A program made the translations under genes and the position numbers. A stretch of DNA of 64,000 nt, from NCBI GenBank assembly GCA_963767735.1, contig CAVYES010000004.1, positions 480,001 through 544,000 of the forward strand. Direction: 5' to 3'. The stretch is from Candidatus Bathyarchaeota archaeon. Its GTDB lineage: Archaea > Thermoproteota > Bathyarchaeia > Bathyarchaeales > Bathycorpusculaceae. The notes below the pieces were generated by a model. The model saw nothing but the letters and a program-made list of their open reading frames with translations, did not search any database and had not been told where the DNA came from. How positions within the stretch are numbered: the first letter of the stretch is position 1; each line of letters opens with the position of its first letter. Positions 50,865-61,075 of the stretch are shown here, in pieces.

Positions 50865-50996
50865 GTTTAGGCACTGTCAAAAAATTGAATAATTGTCCAT
50901 GGAAGATTTAAAGCATGAGCAAAGCTCCGCTGGCGAGAATCGATACCCCAACGTCTCTAAAAGATATCTGATTGAACTACAAAAATTTTCATCGAA

Positions 50997-52613
50997 CTAC
51001 CATTCAGCGTTGCCAGCGTTGCCTGTCTTTCGTTTTTTAAGCGTAAGCGCAACTGAAGCGGAGGCTGCTAATATGATGACCAGCGACAAGGTTACTGCTG
51101 AGGGAAACTCTGGAATGGTAGGCGTTGAAGAAGGCGTTGATTGAGTTATTGGAGTTGAGGTGGGTGTAGAGTTTGGAGTTGTTGTTGATGTTGGAGTTGC
51201 AGTTGGTTGGGAGGTAGCAGCTGGTGCAGTTGTTGGAGTTGCGGTTGATGAAGGAGCAGGTGTTGGTGTTGGAGACGGCGTTGAAGTAGGGTTAGTTGCA
51301 AATGTTGCTGAGATAGTTGTTGCACTGTTAACATTTTTGACAGTGTAGGAACTTACCGAACCAATCGTAGTTCCATTAACTAAAACGGTGGCTATGCTGT
51401 AGCCACTATTTGCTGCTATATCGAAAGTTTGACTGCCACCATAGTTGAGGCTGATAACTCCACTTGGAGAAATGCTGCCGCCGGTGCCTGCACTGGCTGT
51501 AATGAAGGTTGGTGCTTCAGCGTTCGGTGTGGTCAAAAATGGACTGTACGTGACTACCCCTAAGTTAAAATCTTTGTAGTAGTCATAGATTGTTTGGCTT
51601 ATTGCATCTGGGTCTGTTGTTCCCCACCAGTTGGAGGTTGCGTTAACGTTGGAGTTGAAGGTTAAGTAAATGTTATAGTATTGGTTGCCGTAAATGTTGT
51701 TGTTTGTAAGTATCGTTACTGGAGCACCGCACACTGAAATTCCATAGGAATTGCCAGAAACAGTGTTGTAAGTCACGTCGCAAACGTAAGATGACGTTTC
51801 GCCACTGCTAATGACGATACCTGCGCTGCCGCCGGATGCAGGGTTAAACGCTTGGCTTCCTTGACTGTCCGTGATGACGTTTAGTGTGACGGTGGCTGTC
51901 CCTGAAAAAATTGACAAGCCATTAATTATGATGCCTACTGGGTCATTATACAGGATATTACTAAATATAGTGGGGGAGCATGTGATTGCTGATGAGGTTC
52001 CGCTGACGAAAATTCCCCAGTCACTATCTGAAATCAAATTTCCATTTATCGTTGGTGTACCAGCGCTAATGTCTACCCCATAATAATAACTTGAGATAGT
52101 ATTATCACTAATTATCGGGGAGCCACCTGAAATTAGGATGCTGGATGAACTGTCGGCGATGTTAACAGAAGTGCCTTGCATAATATTGTCGCTTATGTTT
52201 GCTGAGCTGCTGATAGAAAGAGTTGAGCTTACAATTGCATCCTGTATTATGCAACCTGCGCCTGTAGATTCTATCCAGTTAGTGCTGCTTTGCGTAAAAG
52301 TGATTTGTCCACCATTAAAAGTGATTGGTTGGGCATTGGTTCCGATTGCTTGTAACGTTCCGTTTACTTCTATGTAGTAGCTACCCAGATTCACAGTAGT
52401 TCCTACATCAATTGTCAAGGTTACACCGTTATTTACGAGAACATTTCCCGTTAATGTGTATGGACTGTTTGCTTGTGTCCAAGTAGTGTTTGATGTTATT
52501 ATGCCCGTGACGTTTGTGCCACTTTGAGCTGTACCAAAATGAGCAGTGCCGACAAAAGTTAATCCGCTAATCATAACGGCTATCAAGAACGCGCTCAACA
52601 GCAACTTTCTCAT
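50997..52613 (-). CDS. Right-handed beta-helix (NosD-like) surface protein with PEF-CTERM signal
   Basis: WTQANSPY, N-rich PbH repeats, NATSNWWGTTD, PT linker, IPEFP + TM + KKRK. Confidence 0.88.
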   Translation of the reverse strand: MRKLLLSAFLIAVMISGLTFVGTAHFGTAQSGTNVTGIITSNTTWTQANSPYTLTGNVLVNNGVTLTIDVGTTVNLGSYYIEVNGTLQAIGTNAQPITFNGGQITFTQSSTNWIESTGAGCIIQDAIVSSTLSISSSANISDNIMQGTSVNIADSSSSILISGGSPIISDNTISSYYYGVDISAGTPTINGNLISDSDWGIFVSGTSSAITCSPTIFSNILYNDPVGIIINGLSIFSGTATVTLNVITDSQGSQAFNPASGGSAGIVISSGETSSYVCDVTYNTVSGNSYGISVCGAPVTILTNNNIYGNQYYNIYLTFNSNVNATSNWWGTTDPDAISQTIYDYYKDFNLGVVTYSPFLTTPNAEAPTFITASAGTGGSISPSGVISLNYGGSQTFDIAANSGYSIATVLVNGTTIGSVSSYTVKNVNSATTISATFATNPTSTPSPTPTPAPSSTATPTTAPAATSQPTATPTSTTTPNSTPTSTPITQSTPSSTPTIPEFPSAVTLSLVIILAASASVALTLKKRKTGNAGNAEW

Positions 52614-52689
52614 GGTATTCCACAGTCTATTACTGTCTTGTTCTGGTTTATTATTTGTGGATGAATCCTCTACTTGCGTTTCTGAAACA

Positions 52690-52752
52690 AATATTGAGCA
52701 GCAAGATATTCGTGAAGTTGAAGCATTCAAAGCGAAATATGAACCCGATTAA
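52690..52752 (+). pseudogene. Relic paralog of the C-terminal half of 50616-50864
   Basis: NIEQQDIREVEAFKAKYE versus HMEQKDIIEDEACKKRFD. Confidence 0.45.
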
Positions 52753-53104
52753 TGAAAGATTAGCAAATCTCTACCAAAGAGCTCCCTTGAGTTAGTCTAC
52801 GAGATAGCAAGCGGCAAACCTGTGGTAAACAAGTGAATTTTCTTTAGTTGTTGCTATGTTTTTGCTCTGAACGCTTTAATCTCTCTTCAAGTCTTCTTTC
52901 CCGTTCTTTTCTCTCAAGCTCAACCAACGGAGCCATCGCAAGAACAGTTAGGTCCCGCTCAATTCTCTTGAAAAAGTTCATGGAGCTTTTCTCCTTTCTC
53001 CTCTGAAACATCTAACGATTTCATGTTTTTAAGCCAAGTTTCTTAAATTGAAATATATCGTGAACTGGAACATCCCGCTTAAGCCCTCAATTGATGAATG
53101 TTGA

Positions 53105-53281
53105 TACATCAATGGAGTACTTGATACAACTGCAGGAGCCTCGCCAACTGCGTTAACACAAGGGGATACTGCAACAATAGCCACCGCAGGTCTCGCAAAC
53201 TACGCTCAAGAAAGCACAATTACAATTAAAGTAACCACGCAAGGCGGTACATACAGTCAAGTAAACGAACAGGTTCCTTAA
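53105..53281 (+). pseudogene. C-terminal fragment of an archaeal type IV pilin-like protein
   Basis: YINGVLD..LTQGDTATI..ITIKVTTQGGTYSQ*; no start codon. Confidence 0.55.
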
Positions 53282-53371
53282 GTAAATTAATCGCTAAAGA
53301 AAAAAACGATAAACACGAAAAATCCCCTATATTATATTATGGGGAAAAAATTGTGTGAAATCTCAAAATCT

Positions 53372-53448
53372 ACCCTTTAGCGTTGTCAGCTTTTGCTTAT
53401 CTTTCTTTTTCTAAACGTAAGCACAACTGCAACGGAGCTTGCTAATAT
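53372..53448 (-). pseudogene. C-terminal relic of a PEF-CTERM surface-protein paralog
   Basis: Nucleotide similarity to 50999-51073 (TM end + basic tail). Confidence 0.6.
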
Positions 53449-53485
53449 TCACAATGTTAAAAGACTGGGACGCTGTTTTATCAGC

Positions 53486-53548
53486 GGGGGATGATGTCGC
53501 CGTCCCAGTCTGATAGGGAAAGATGAAGAAGTAAAGTTGACAGACCCC
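53486..53548 (+). ncRNA. Box C/D guide sRNA; predicted target 23S rRNA G2251 (E. coli numbering)
   Basis: Terminal stem GGGG/CCCC; C ATGATGT 53491, D' CTGA 53510, C' ATGAAGA 53523, D CAGA 53541. The D' guide GCCGTCCCAGT is complementary to the P-loop ACUGGGGCGGC. TATA-like GTTAAAAG about 30 nt upstream. Confidence 0.8.
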
Positions 53549-53651
53549 AAACAGTTTAGAGTCTATTTGCCTGTATGATTAGCGCCAAAATGCCATTATT
53601 ATATTAGTGCTCACTAACTAAGTAGTACCCGTTTACTGGTGCATCTGAAGA

Positions 53652-53909
53652 ATGACTAAGATCAGAAAAAGTGCTGTTCAAATTCGATTTGAAATACTGG
53701 AATATCTGTTCTTTAATTCAAAACCTCAGCTACGCACCGTGATTTGGCGGAAATCAACAAACGTCTCCTATGACGATTTTTTGAAACATTTGGCTTTTCT
53801 TGAAGAGAGAAAACTGGTTAAGGAAACTGCAGATGGTTACAGTTCGTTAACGGATGAAGGAAGAAAACTCTACGTTGAACTGCGCAAGTCGTTGCCTTCG
53901 ATACTTTAA
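53652..53909 (+). CDS. Winged-helix transcriptional regulator
   Basis: RKSAVQIRFEILE..NVSYDDFLKHLAFLEERKLV..LTDEG. Confidence 0.82.
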   Translation: MTKIRKSAVQIRFEILEYLFFNSKPQLRTVIWRKSTNVSYDDFLKHLAFLEERKLVKETADGYSSLTDEGRKLYVELRKSLPSIL

Positions 53910-53980
53910 GCGGTTCTAGTTCATCTTTGGTGCATCAGGTATAAAAACTCAAGAACGCTGAATAAGGACGGTAAGAAAAA

Positions 53981-54331
53981 TTGACCAGTGAACGTAGTGA
54001 GGAGAAGGTTTACCCCGTCAGGTCTCTACATGACTTTTTGTCTGAGTTAGATAAGGAATGGACGAAGTTTCGAAATGGCACTCTTATTGGGCTTGGTTCT
54101 TCAGTTGTTTTGTTCTTGGTTGTTGTTTTTTTGATTTTGAGAACTAGGCATTTTGGGTTGGGTTTGGTAGGTTTTATTCTTTTGATTCTTGCAGCAATCG
54201 TGATTGCTTACAGCATTTACGCGATGTATGCTCAATACCGGTTCTTGAACAGGTGGGAACGGCGAATCGGGTTGCTTGTGCATATGGAAGAAGAAATGTT
54301 ATCTGAAAAACTAGATGAAGCCAAGGCTTAG
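53981..54331 (+). CDS. Hypothetical 2-TM membrane protein
   Basis: Two TM helices; RWERRIG tail. Confidence 0.7.
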   Translation: MTSERSEEKVYPVRSLHDFLSELDKEWTKFRNGTLIGLGSSVVLFLVVVFLILRTRHFGLGLVGFILLILAAIVIAYSIYAMYAQYRFLNRWERRIGLLVHMEEEMLSEKLDEAKA

Positions 54332-54419
54332 TGTACATTTAAGGTGCACATCAGAAGTGCGGCTTCCTTTTTAAACACTCCAACAGAGTTGTTGATATCA
54401 AACAGTTGGAGGAAAAAAA

Positions 54420-54923
54420 ATGGTAAATTTAAAAAATAAAAATAAAGTAGTTTTGGCAGCGATGGCTGCTTTTGCAATATTGTTGATGATTGCAGTACCC
54501 TTTGTCGGTGCTCAACCCGTTTCAAACGGCGCAGTTGGGAGTGTTAAGACTATGAAAGCGCAGGGCTTTGCTTACCAAGAAATCAACGGTCAAACCGTGA
54601 AATATCAAGCGAACTTCGCTTTGATGCTTCAGCAAACATCCACTATCAGTGTACCCAAGGAATTTGATGTTGCGGGCGGAACAATAGTGGTAAACGGTGT
54701 AACTTACACGATGACAAGCGGAAACGGCGTTGTACGACCAGACAGACACATTTTCATGCTGCAGGCTCAAGGCACAAGCCTCGACGGACAAGCAGTAACA
54801 CTGAAACTTGAAGGTCGATACTTCTGGCTGGGTGGACAGCTATACGTCGCCAGAATAGGAGCTAAACTGCAAACAGACAACGGCAACTACTTGTTACTAA
54901 TGCGCGCAGCAATACGAGTGTAA
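54420..54923 (+). CDS. Hypothetical secreted beta-rich protein
   Basis: SD GGAGG, signal peptide, beta-strand pattern. Confidence 0.7.
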   Translation: MVNLKNKNKVVLAAMAAFAILLMIAVPFVGAQPVSNGAVGSVKTMKAQGFAYQEINGQTVKYQANFALMLQQTSTISVPKEFDVAGGTIVVNGVTYTMTSGNGVVRPDRHIFMLQAQGTSLDGQAVTLKLEGRYFWLGGQLYVARIGAKLQTDNGNYLLLMRAAIRV

Positions 54924-55325
54924 TAACGCACTCGACATCTGTTTTCTTTCTTTGTTTTCTCTTATTTTTTGGTTTCTTAAATTAACATAAGGAACTTAAT
55001 CGCCATTACAGCCAACTACACGATTCTTCTTCTGCAAAATCACATTGAAACTTACCCTTTGAGTCAACGGCAAGAAACAATGTCTCCTTTAGGGGAATTC
55101 AGAAAAGCAAAAATTTCCTTGCACTAGTGGTTGTTCCAAAATTAGTTTGCAAAGTACCTGATGCGTCTGGATATGGCCACCGAGAAGAACATAAGATTTT
55201 GAGAGAGCGGAGTTAAGGGAAGGGAGCGTTATCCATCTCTGGGCAAGGTTCATTCCGAGAGTCTTTCCCGTCTGGCTATTAATTTATCTATTTGCTCTTA
55301 GCAAATTATAATCATATCGCTCCCT

Positions 55326-56434
55326 TTGGACAAGGTGTTGTTAAGAACGCTAATAACGATAAATGAGTGTAGTCCCTTGAAAGAAAAACCCAATGTTTTA
55401 ATCGTTGGTGCGGGGGCAATCGGTTTAAGCATAGCAGGCTGGATTTTTCCTAACAATGAAAACTTGACTCTTCTAGCACGAGGCGAAAGCATTGCTGCAC
55501 TTAGAAGATATGGGTTACGGCTTTACAAAATAGGTCAAGAAGCAACAACTGCTCCAATGCCGATAAAAGTAATTGAATCACTAGACGAGATTCCGCCTCC
55601 AGACATTATAATCATTACCGTGAAAAACTATGATCTCGATGGAATAGCACAAACGCTTCGGCAACAGCTTGGAAATTTCCAGCCAATTGTTGCTAGCCTT
55701 CAGAACGGCTTAGAAAACCAACAGATACTACCCAAGTATTTTTCTAGAGCAATATACGGTGTTGTTTGCTACAACGCATGGCGAGACGGTTTCGGGAAAG
55801 CCACATATGTAAAACGAGGATACCTAATTATTGGAACCCCAAACAATGACCTACAACTCGAACTTAAAAGCGTTAAAAACGCTTATATCCCGGATTAGAA
55901 TGCTTTATCACCAATCGTTTACAAGATGCAGTTCACAGCAAGCTAGCAATTAACCTCATAAATGCTTTAATGGCACTAGTAGGATTCCGAAAACGATCAG
56001 TCGAGTCTGAAAAGATTCTTGTGCACATGACTACAAGACTTCTAGGTGAAGGAATCCAAGTGCTTCAAGCAGCCGGGTTTAAAGAGCATAAGCTGGGCAG
56101 CCTGCCCTCTTGGAACGATATCCAAATAGCAGTCAACATGCCAGAATCCCCCACAAATCCACTTCATGACTTCATCGTCAACAGAATCGGACCAACCAGC
56201 ATGACACAAGACGTATTCAGCGAAAAACCAACCACAGAACTAGAATCATTAAGCGGATACATGCTTGAATTAGCCCGCAAAGTAGGTGTTTCAATGCCAA
56301 TTAACCAAGCAATCTATGAGATTGCAAAAGAACAATTCCGTCCCAGCTTTCGACCCATCCCAGAAATTGACCTTTGGGAAATGATAAACAACAAAATTCT
56401 CGACTCAAAAGAAGCTCGCGATAAAAAAATCTAA
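55326..56434 (+). CDS. panE: Ketopantoate reductase family (one frameshift near 55890)
   Basis: VGAGAIG, TVKNYD, SLQNGL, KLAIN, SMTQD..TELE..G. Confidence 0.8.
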
Positions 56435-56820
56435 AGGGTTAACAGTTTAGCTATATCGTTTTCCTTGTCGTATACCCATCTGTTGGCTTCGGGAGAAAAA
56501 ATAATATATTGCAATTCAACCCTTTTAAAAATACTTTGGTTAATCTGCCTTCTCTGCAAAAAACTATTCAGCTCTTCCTTAGTGGGTGTTTGGATCATGA
56601 CTTATCCTGCGACATCTTCCATACGGTGATTATCGACTCATCGTTCAACCAACAAAGAAATGCATTTTATCTCGGTTCTCTTGCGGCACCTGGGGGTACC
56701 GGGATTCTTTCCGTGAGAATAGAATATTAACGACGAGGGAAGTGTTCCCCACGGGATTTTTATAGAACACGAGTCAACAGTCTTAAATCGTTATTGCTGT
56801 CTATTCTATTCTGTTAACAA

Positions 56821-57300
56821 ATGACACAATTATTAGACTGGAGCAAAACTGTAGTGCCTCAGCGTCACGAATCTGGTTGTGTTCCAACAGGCTATGAGTG
56901 GATAATTCGATATTTGAAGATTCAAGGAGTGAATCTTGTGACCTTTCAGGAGGATTTTGACCTTGGGCAAGATAATAGTTTTGACTCTGTTTCAGCTAAG
57001 ATTAGAAGTGTGTATTCTATAATTAACATTAAAGTGGAAAGTTTCATTAAGGGAATAGATAAAGTGGATCGGATTAAATCCCTTTTAGAAGAGCAAAAGC
57101 CTTGTCTGATTTCATTAGCTTTAGGCAACGGTCAGGGTTGGCACATAATGCCCGTTGTGCGCATCGATGAAACTATACAACTGATACATCATGCGGATGC
57201 AGATGGACAATGTACTTGGGTTTTTCCTGTTGCAGAAATCGTTTGGAGACATGATTACTTGCAAGGTGGACATGATATATCGTGGGTTGAACCTCTATAG
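56821..57300 (+). CDS. C39-like papain-fold cysteine peptidase
   Basis: Q-x4-GCVP and WHIMPVVRID. Confidence 0.55.
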   Translation: MTQLLDWSKTVVPQRHESGCVPTGYEWIIRYLKIQGVNLVTFQEDFDLGQDNSFDSVSAKIRSVYSIINIKVESFIKGIDKVDRIKSLLEEQKPCLISLALGNGQGWHIMPVVRIDETIQLIHHADADGQCTWVFPVAEIVWRHDYLQGGHDISWVEPL

Positions 57301-57392
57301 GTCCCTAATTATCTGTAACTAAATCGTTTAGTGAAAGAATAAGCTTTGTCACTCTATCAAATCATCTGAAAATGTATCCAGTATTTGGGTCT

Positions 57393-57806
57393 CTATGCTT
57401 GACTTCCGAACTTTTTCTTCATGCATTCGTCACAAAAATTGTTCTTGAACTTTCTTATCCGTTTGGACTGGAAGAGTTTTCCACAACCACTGCACTTTAT
57501 TTGATTGACCACTTTTGGCTCAAGCAGTTTAAGTCTCCGCTCTATCTCAGCTTTAATTTCAGAATCATCCTCTCTCTCCCAAGCAGCTTTCAACAAAGAC
57601 ATAGCTTGTTCCAAGCTTTTGTCTCCAAATAACTTAAGGAAAGCACTATCTACCTTCCCTTTTCCGAATTGTGAAGGTAACATACAAACAAAATTTTGAG
57701 GATAACTTTTAGACTTACTCGAGTCAACTACAGCGAAGCGAAAGCTCTTTCTCGAATAATTATCATCATCCGCATAATACTCGAAAACTTGTAGCTTAAT
57801 ATCCAA
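57393..57806 (-). CDS. Hypothetical protein with C-terminal zinc ribbon
   Basis: YPQNFVCMLP; CSGCGK..FCDEC. Confidence 0.75.
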   Translation of the reverse strand: MDIKLQVFEYYADDDNYSRKSFRFAVVDSSKSKSYPQNFVCMLPSQFGKGKVDSAFLKLFGDKSLEQAMSLLKAAWEREDDSEIKAEIERRLKLLEPKVVNQIKCSGCGKLFQSKRIRKFKNNFCDECMKKKFGSQA

Positions 57807-57930
57807 GTTGATAAACCTTGAATGGAAGAAAAGACCGGTCAAGTTAATATCTGTGTCTAAATAAATGAAGCCATCAAAAATAGTGTAGTTTCATCAAGTT
57901 TTGGTTTCTGTGTAGTAGATTTTAAAAAGT

Positions 57931-58386
57931 TTAGAGAGTAGGTGGATTTTTCTTAAGAGAGTCACGCATTTCTCTTATAGTTTCTTTTTCATTTTTGGTT
58001 TTTAAATTTTCCTTTTCGTTTTGTTCGTTTACTTCTTTGTTGTGTTGGTCAACTCGATTATTGACAATTTTTACCAACTGCATAACTAATTTAATATCTT
58101 CTTGGAGCTTCTTTGGATTAGTAATAATTGAAATTGTATCCCCTTGCGAACTATTTGGATAGTTAGGTTCAACTATCGGGAAAGAATCATTTGGTTTTGT
58201 CAGTACAGCTACTAATGGTTGAGGGGTTTTTTTCAATTCCTTTTCAAATAACTCTTGCCAATCCTCTTGCGGAATTCTATCTAAAGGCAATTCAACAAAA
58301 AAGGTATCTTCTTCTGTTGACAGTTTGGTTATTTTCAACGTTTCAGGGTCAATTGGTTTCAGATTTGTTTTCTCAATCATGTTCAC
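57931..58386 (-). CDS. Hypothetical protein
   Basis: 151-aa ORF with coiled-coil C-terminus. Confidence 0.65.
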   Translation of the reverse strand: MNMIEKTNLKPIDPETLKITKLSTEEDTFFVELPLDRIPQEDWQELFEKELKKTPQPLVAVLTKPNDSFPIVEPNYPNSSQGDTISIITNPKKLQEDIKLVMQLVKIVNNRVDQHNKEVNEQNEKENLKTKNEKETIREMRDSLKKNPPTL

Positions 58387-58582
58387 TTATGGCTAACCCT
58401 CAAGCATATGAGCTTGAATCCGCCTTTAAGTTTTTGTATAAACCCAGCATAGCAATCCATCTCCCCTTTCAGCTTCCAGTTTTCCAAATCTTTCAAAAAT
58501 TAAGCTGATAATCAAATGAACATGTTTTTCACTACGCACATATCGTTAATTCTGATTTCAGATTAACATTAAGACGATTGGT

Positions 58583-58876
58583 ATGAGGCGCTCCAAACTA
58601 GAAATGTATGTTGATATTCTTCAGGTCTTAGCACAAAGAGGACCGCTAAAACTAACACATGTTATGTATAAAGCGAACGTTAACTGCAGTGTCCTAAAAG
58701 AGTATCTTGATTTCCTCTTAAAACAAGGCTTGGTTGAAGAACGCACAATCAGAAAACAACGAATAGTTTACGCTGTTACACAACGTGGAATAACCGTTCT
58801 GAAATACTTCAAAGAACTAAAACAGGTACTGCCCATAATGGAGGAAGCACGAAACCAAACAGCAATACCTTCCTAA
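58583..58876 (+). CDS. Winged-helix transcriptional regulator (archaeal COG3432-like)
   Basis: MRRSKLEMYVDIL..THVMYKANVN..YLDFL..YAVTQRG. Confidence 0.9.
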   Translation: MRRSKLEMYVDILQVLAQRGPLKLTHVMYKANVNCSVLKEYLDFLLKQGLVEERTIRKQRIVYAVTQRGITVLKYFKELKQVLPIMEEARNQTAIPS

Positions 58877-58920
58877 AATCCCAGTTCCCCTGGTAAGAAA
58901 AATATATTTGTGTGAGGGAT

Positions 58921-59121
58921 TTATTTCTTTAATTGTTTAACTTTTTCCCATGGAACTTCTATTTTTACTTCTTTTCCATTTTCATCTTTGCACGTTATAG
59001 CCATGGTTTCTTTTCCATTTACGTCATGCTTTATTTCAAAATTTGCTTTATCGCGTTTTTTGTTAACAATTACTTCAATGGTTTCGACTATTCCAACTTC
59101 TTCCTTTTGTTTTTTTGACAT
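58921..59121 (-). CDS. Small hypothetical protein
   Basis: SD GGTG before MSKKQK. Confidence 0.55.
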   Translation of the reverse strand: MSKKQKEEVGIVETIEVIVNKKRDKANFEIKHDVNGKETMAITCKDENGKEVKIEVPWEKVKQLKK

Positions 59122-59287
59122 AACCTTTTCACCATTATAATTGTAATTAATAGTCTGCTTAAGAGTTTTTTCTTGCATTTCGGATTAGCGTTATCAGGTC
59201 AAGGTGAAAGGTGTCTGGCAGTAACTTTTCTGGCAGGTTACTGAGTGGACAAATGCTTAAAAAACAATCATTATGTAATAGCTCTCT

Positions 59288-59560
59288 ATGACAGAAGATG
59301 TTGTTAACCTAACTTCTCAAAGGATAATGTTGATTATCAAAGAAAAACTGAAAGAGACTAAAGGTGAATGCATCGACTATTGTTTAGAACATATATTTGA
59401 TGAATGCGAACTACCAAAACTTAAACTAAAACTGCATATAGCTTGCAAAGGAATCTGTACTAGCCAAGTAGTAAGTGACTGTCTTTCCCTTGAGCACATA
59501 CGCAAAATTCATGTTATAATAGAAGAGTTCGCCAAACAAAACAAAATAAATATTATGTAA
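59288..59560 (+). CDS. Hypothetical Cys/His-rich protein
   Basis: CIDYC, CKGIC; TATA-like CTTAAAA upstream. Confidence 0.55.
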   Translation: MTEDVVNLTSQRIMLIIKEKLKETKGECIDYCLEHIFDECELPKLKLKLHIACKGICTSQVVSDCLSLEHIRKIHVIIEEFAKQNKINIM

Positions 59561-60042
59561 AAAAGTGTCTGATTATTTTTTTCATTGTTTTCTGCTTGCA
59601 TTTTGTTTTAGTGTTTTCCACTTATTATGTTCTTCAAGTTGTATTCCCTTGCCTATGCTTTTCTTGTTTCGGGTTTCATGTGGTGTAATTTAGTTATGAT
59701 AAAGTTGGTAACGCTGAAGGATTACTGTTGTATGTTCTTAGTTGTATGTAGAAAAATCAGGTTCCTACTTCCTTGAAATTTGAGCTGGAAATTTTATCTT
59801 CTGTATTTACTTGTGGTTGCTTCTTTGAAACAACATAAATCTTATATCTTACTATTAGTGATGTATTCAAAGACTGCATGAAACATCGAGAGGTATAAAA
59901 TGAATAGTCAATCTGAACATAGCAAGCTAAAGCCTGATGGTAGCGTTGTTCCAATAGTTTTGACGCTAAACGACGGGCTACTTGAAGCAAGAAAAAAATC
60001 TGCAAACGAACCAATTTACATTGACCATTTATAAAAAGCTGT

Positions 60043-60252
60043 TTAACTCTCGAAAATAACCAAATAATCTTTGTTTTCTTCTGCTGAGAATTTATTTTTG
60101 AGAAATTGTTTTACTGCTTGAAGGTCATAATCGCCTTTAATTTTCAATTGGTAAATATCTGGAAATCTGTGTTCAATACTAACAACTGTAGGGCTAACAA
60201 GTTGGTTGACACTTAAGTTTTTCAGAAGGGCAACAGACTCTTCTCTATTCAC
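60043..60252 (-). CDS. Small hypothetical protein
   Basis: GTG after GGGGGA; NREESVALLK..YQLKIKGDYD..YLVIF. Confidence 0.6.
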   Translation of the reverse strand: MNREESVALLKNLSVNQLVSPTVVSIEHRFPDIYQLKIKGDYDLQAVKQFLKNKFSAEENKDYLVIFES

Positions 60253-60614
60253 TTGCTTCCCCCAAGTCCCTAATGGACGTACAAAACTAATAACACTTTG
60301 CTGAAAAATTGTGTAAATAAACGTTACACTGTCAGGCAAATTTGCATTGTAAAACGCATTTACCTGAAACCATTAAAATCTATGCTGAAATGTCTTTGTT
60401 TGCTCTATTTTACTTAGTACAGACCTTTAGTTTACAGAAATTAAAGTAATCTGTTAGAAATATTATGTGAAATAGTTACGCTTACCAAAATCATAATTCA
60501 TCTGAACTGCCGACTTGTTAGTTTTAAGGAATTTGATTGTGTAATAAGCGGAAAGTTTACAAAAGCGTATATAAACCGCTCCAAGCCCTTGGAAAAATCT
60601 GGAGAGAACGGAAA

Positions 60615-60797
60615 ATGCTTAAAATAATAGTCAACAGCGATACTTGTAGCGGATGCGAAACCTGCGTAAACTCTTGTCCAGTGGGCGTCTACGAAATGAG
60701 AGACGGCAAATCGTCCCCAGTCAACGTAGATTGCTGCTTAGTCTGCAGAGGCTGCGAAATCCAGTGCCCAACTGACTCCATTCAAGTAATTGAATAG
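60615..60797 (+). CDS. 2x[4Fe-4S] ferredoxin
   Basis: CSGCETCVNSCP and CLVCRGCEIQCP. Confidence 0.92.
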   Translation: MLKIIVNSDTCSGCETCVNSCPVGVYEMRDGKSSPVNVDCCLVCRGCEIQCPTDSIQVIE

Positions 60798-60963
60798 TGC
60801 CAACTCAACTTCCTTAAAGTTTGAGCTCGAAAACCCAGTTTCAAGAAAATCCTTTCAATTTTCGACATATTAGTGCAGACGAAATCAGCTTTAAATTAGT
60901 TGAAGTCTTGAATGCATAGGTGCGCACGACATTAGTGAAAGAAGAAGTTAGGATGGTGACGTT

Positions 60964-61071
60964 TTGGCTGTGAATGATAGCAAGTGTTCCTGCGGGGAAA
61001 ACGCCACTGTTTTCGAGAACAACGAGAAGTTCTGTAGCAAATGCTACTTGAAAAATAAAGGCAGGCGCTAA
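60964..61071 (+). CDS. 35-aa zinc-finger microprotein
   Basis: SD GGTGA; MAVNDSKCSCGENATVFENNEKFCSKCYLKNKGRR. Not in the ORF track. Confidence 0.6.
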   Translation: MAVNDSKCSCGENATVFENNEKFCSKCYLKNKGRR

Positions 61072-61075
61072 CCTG

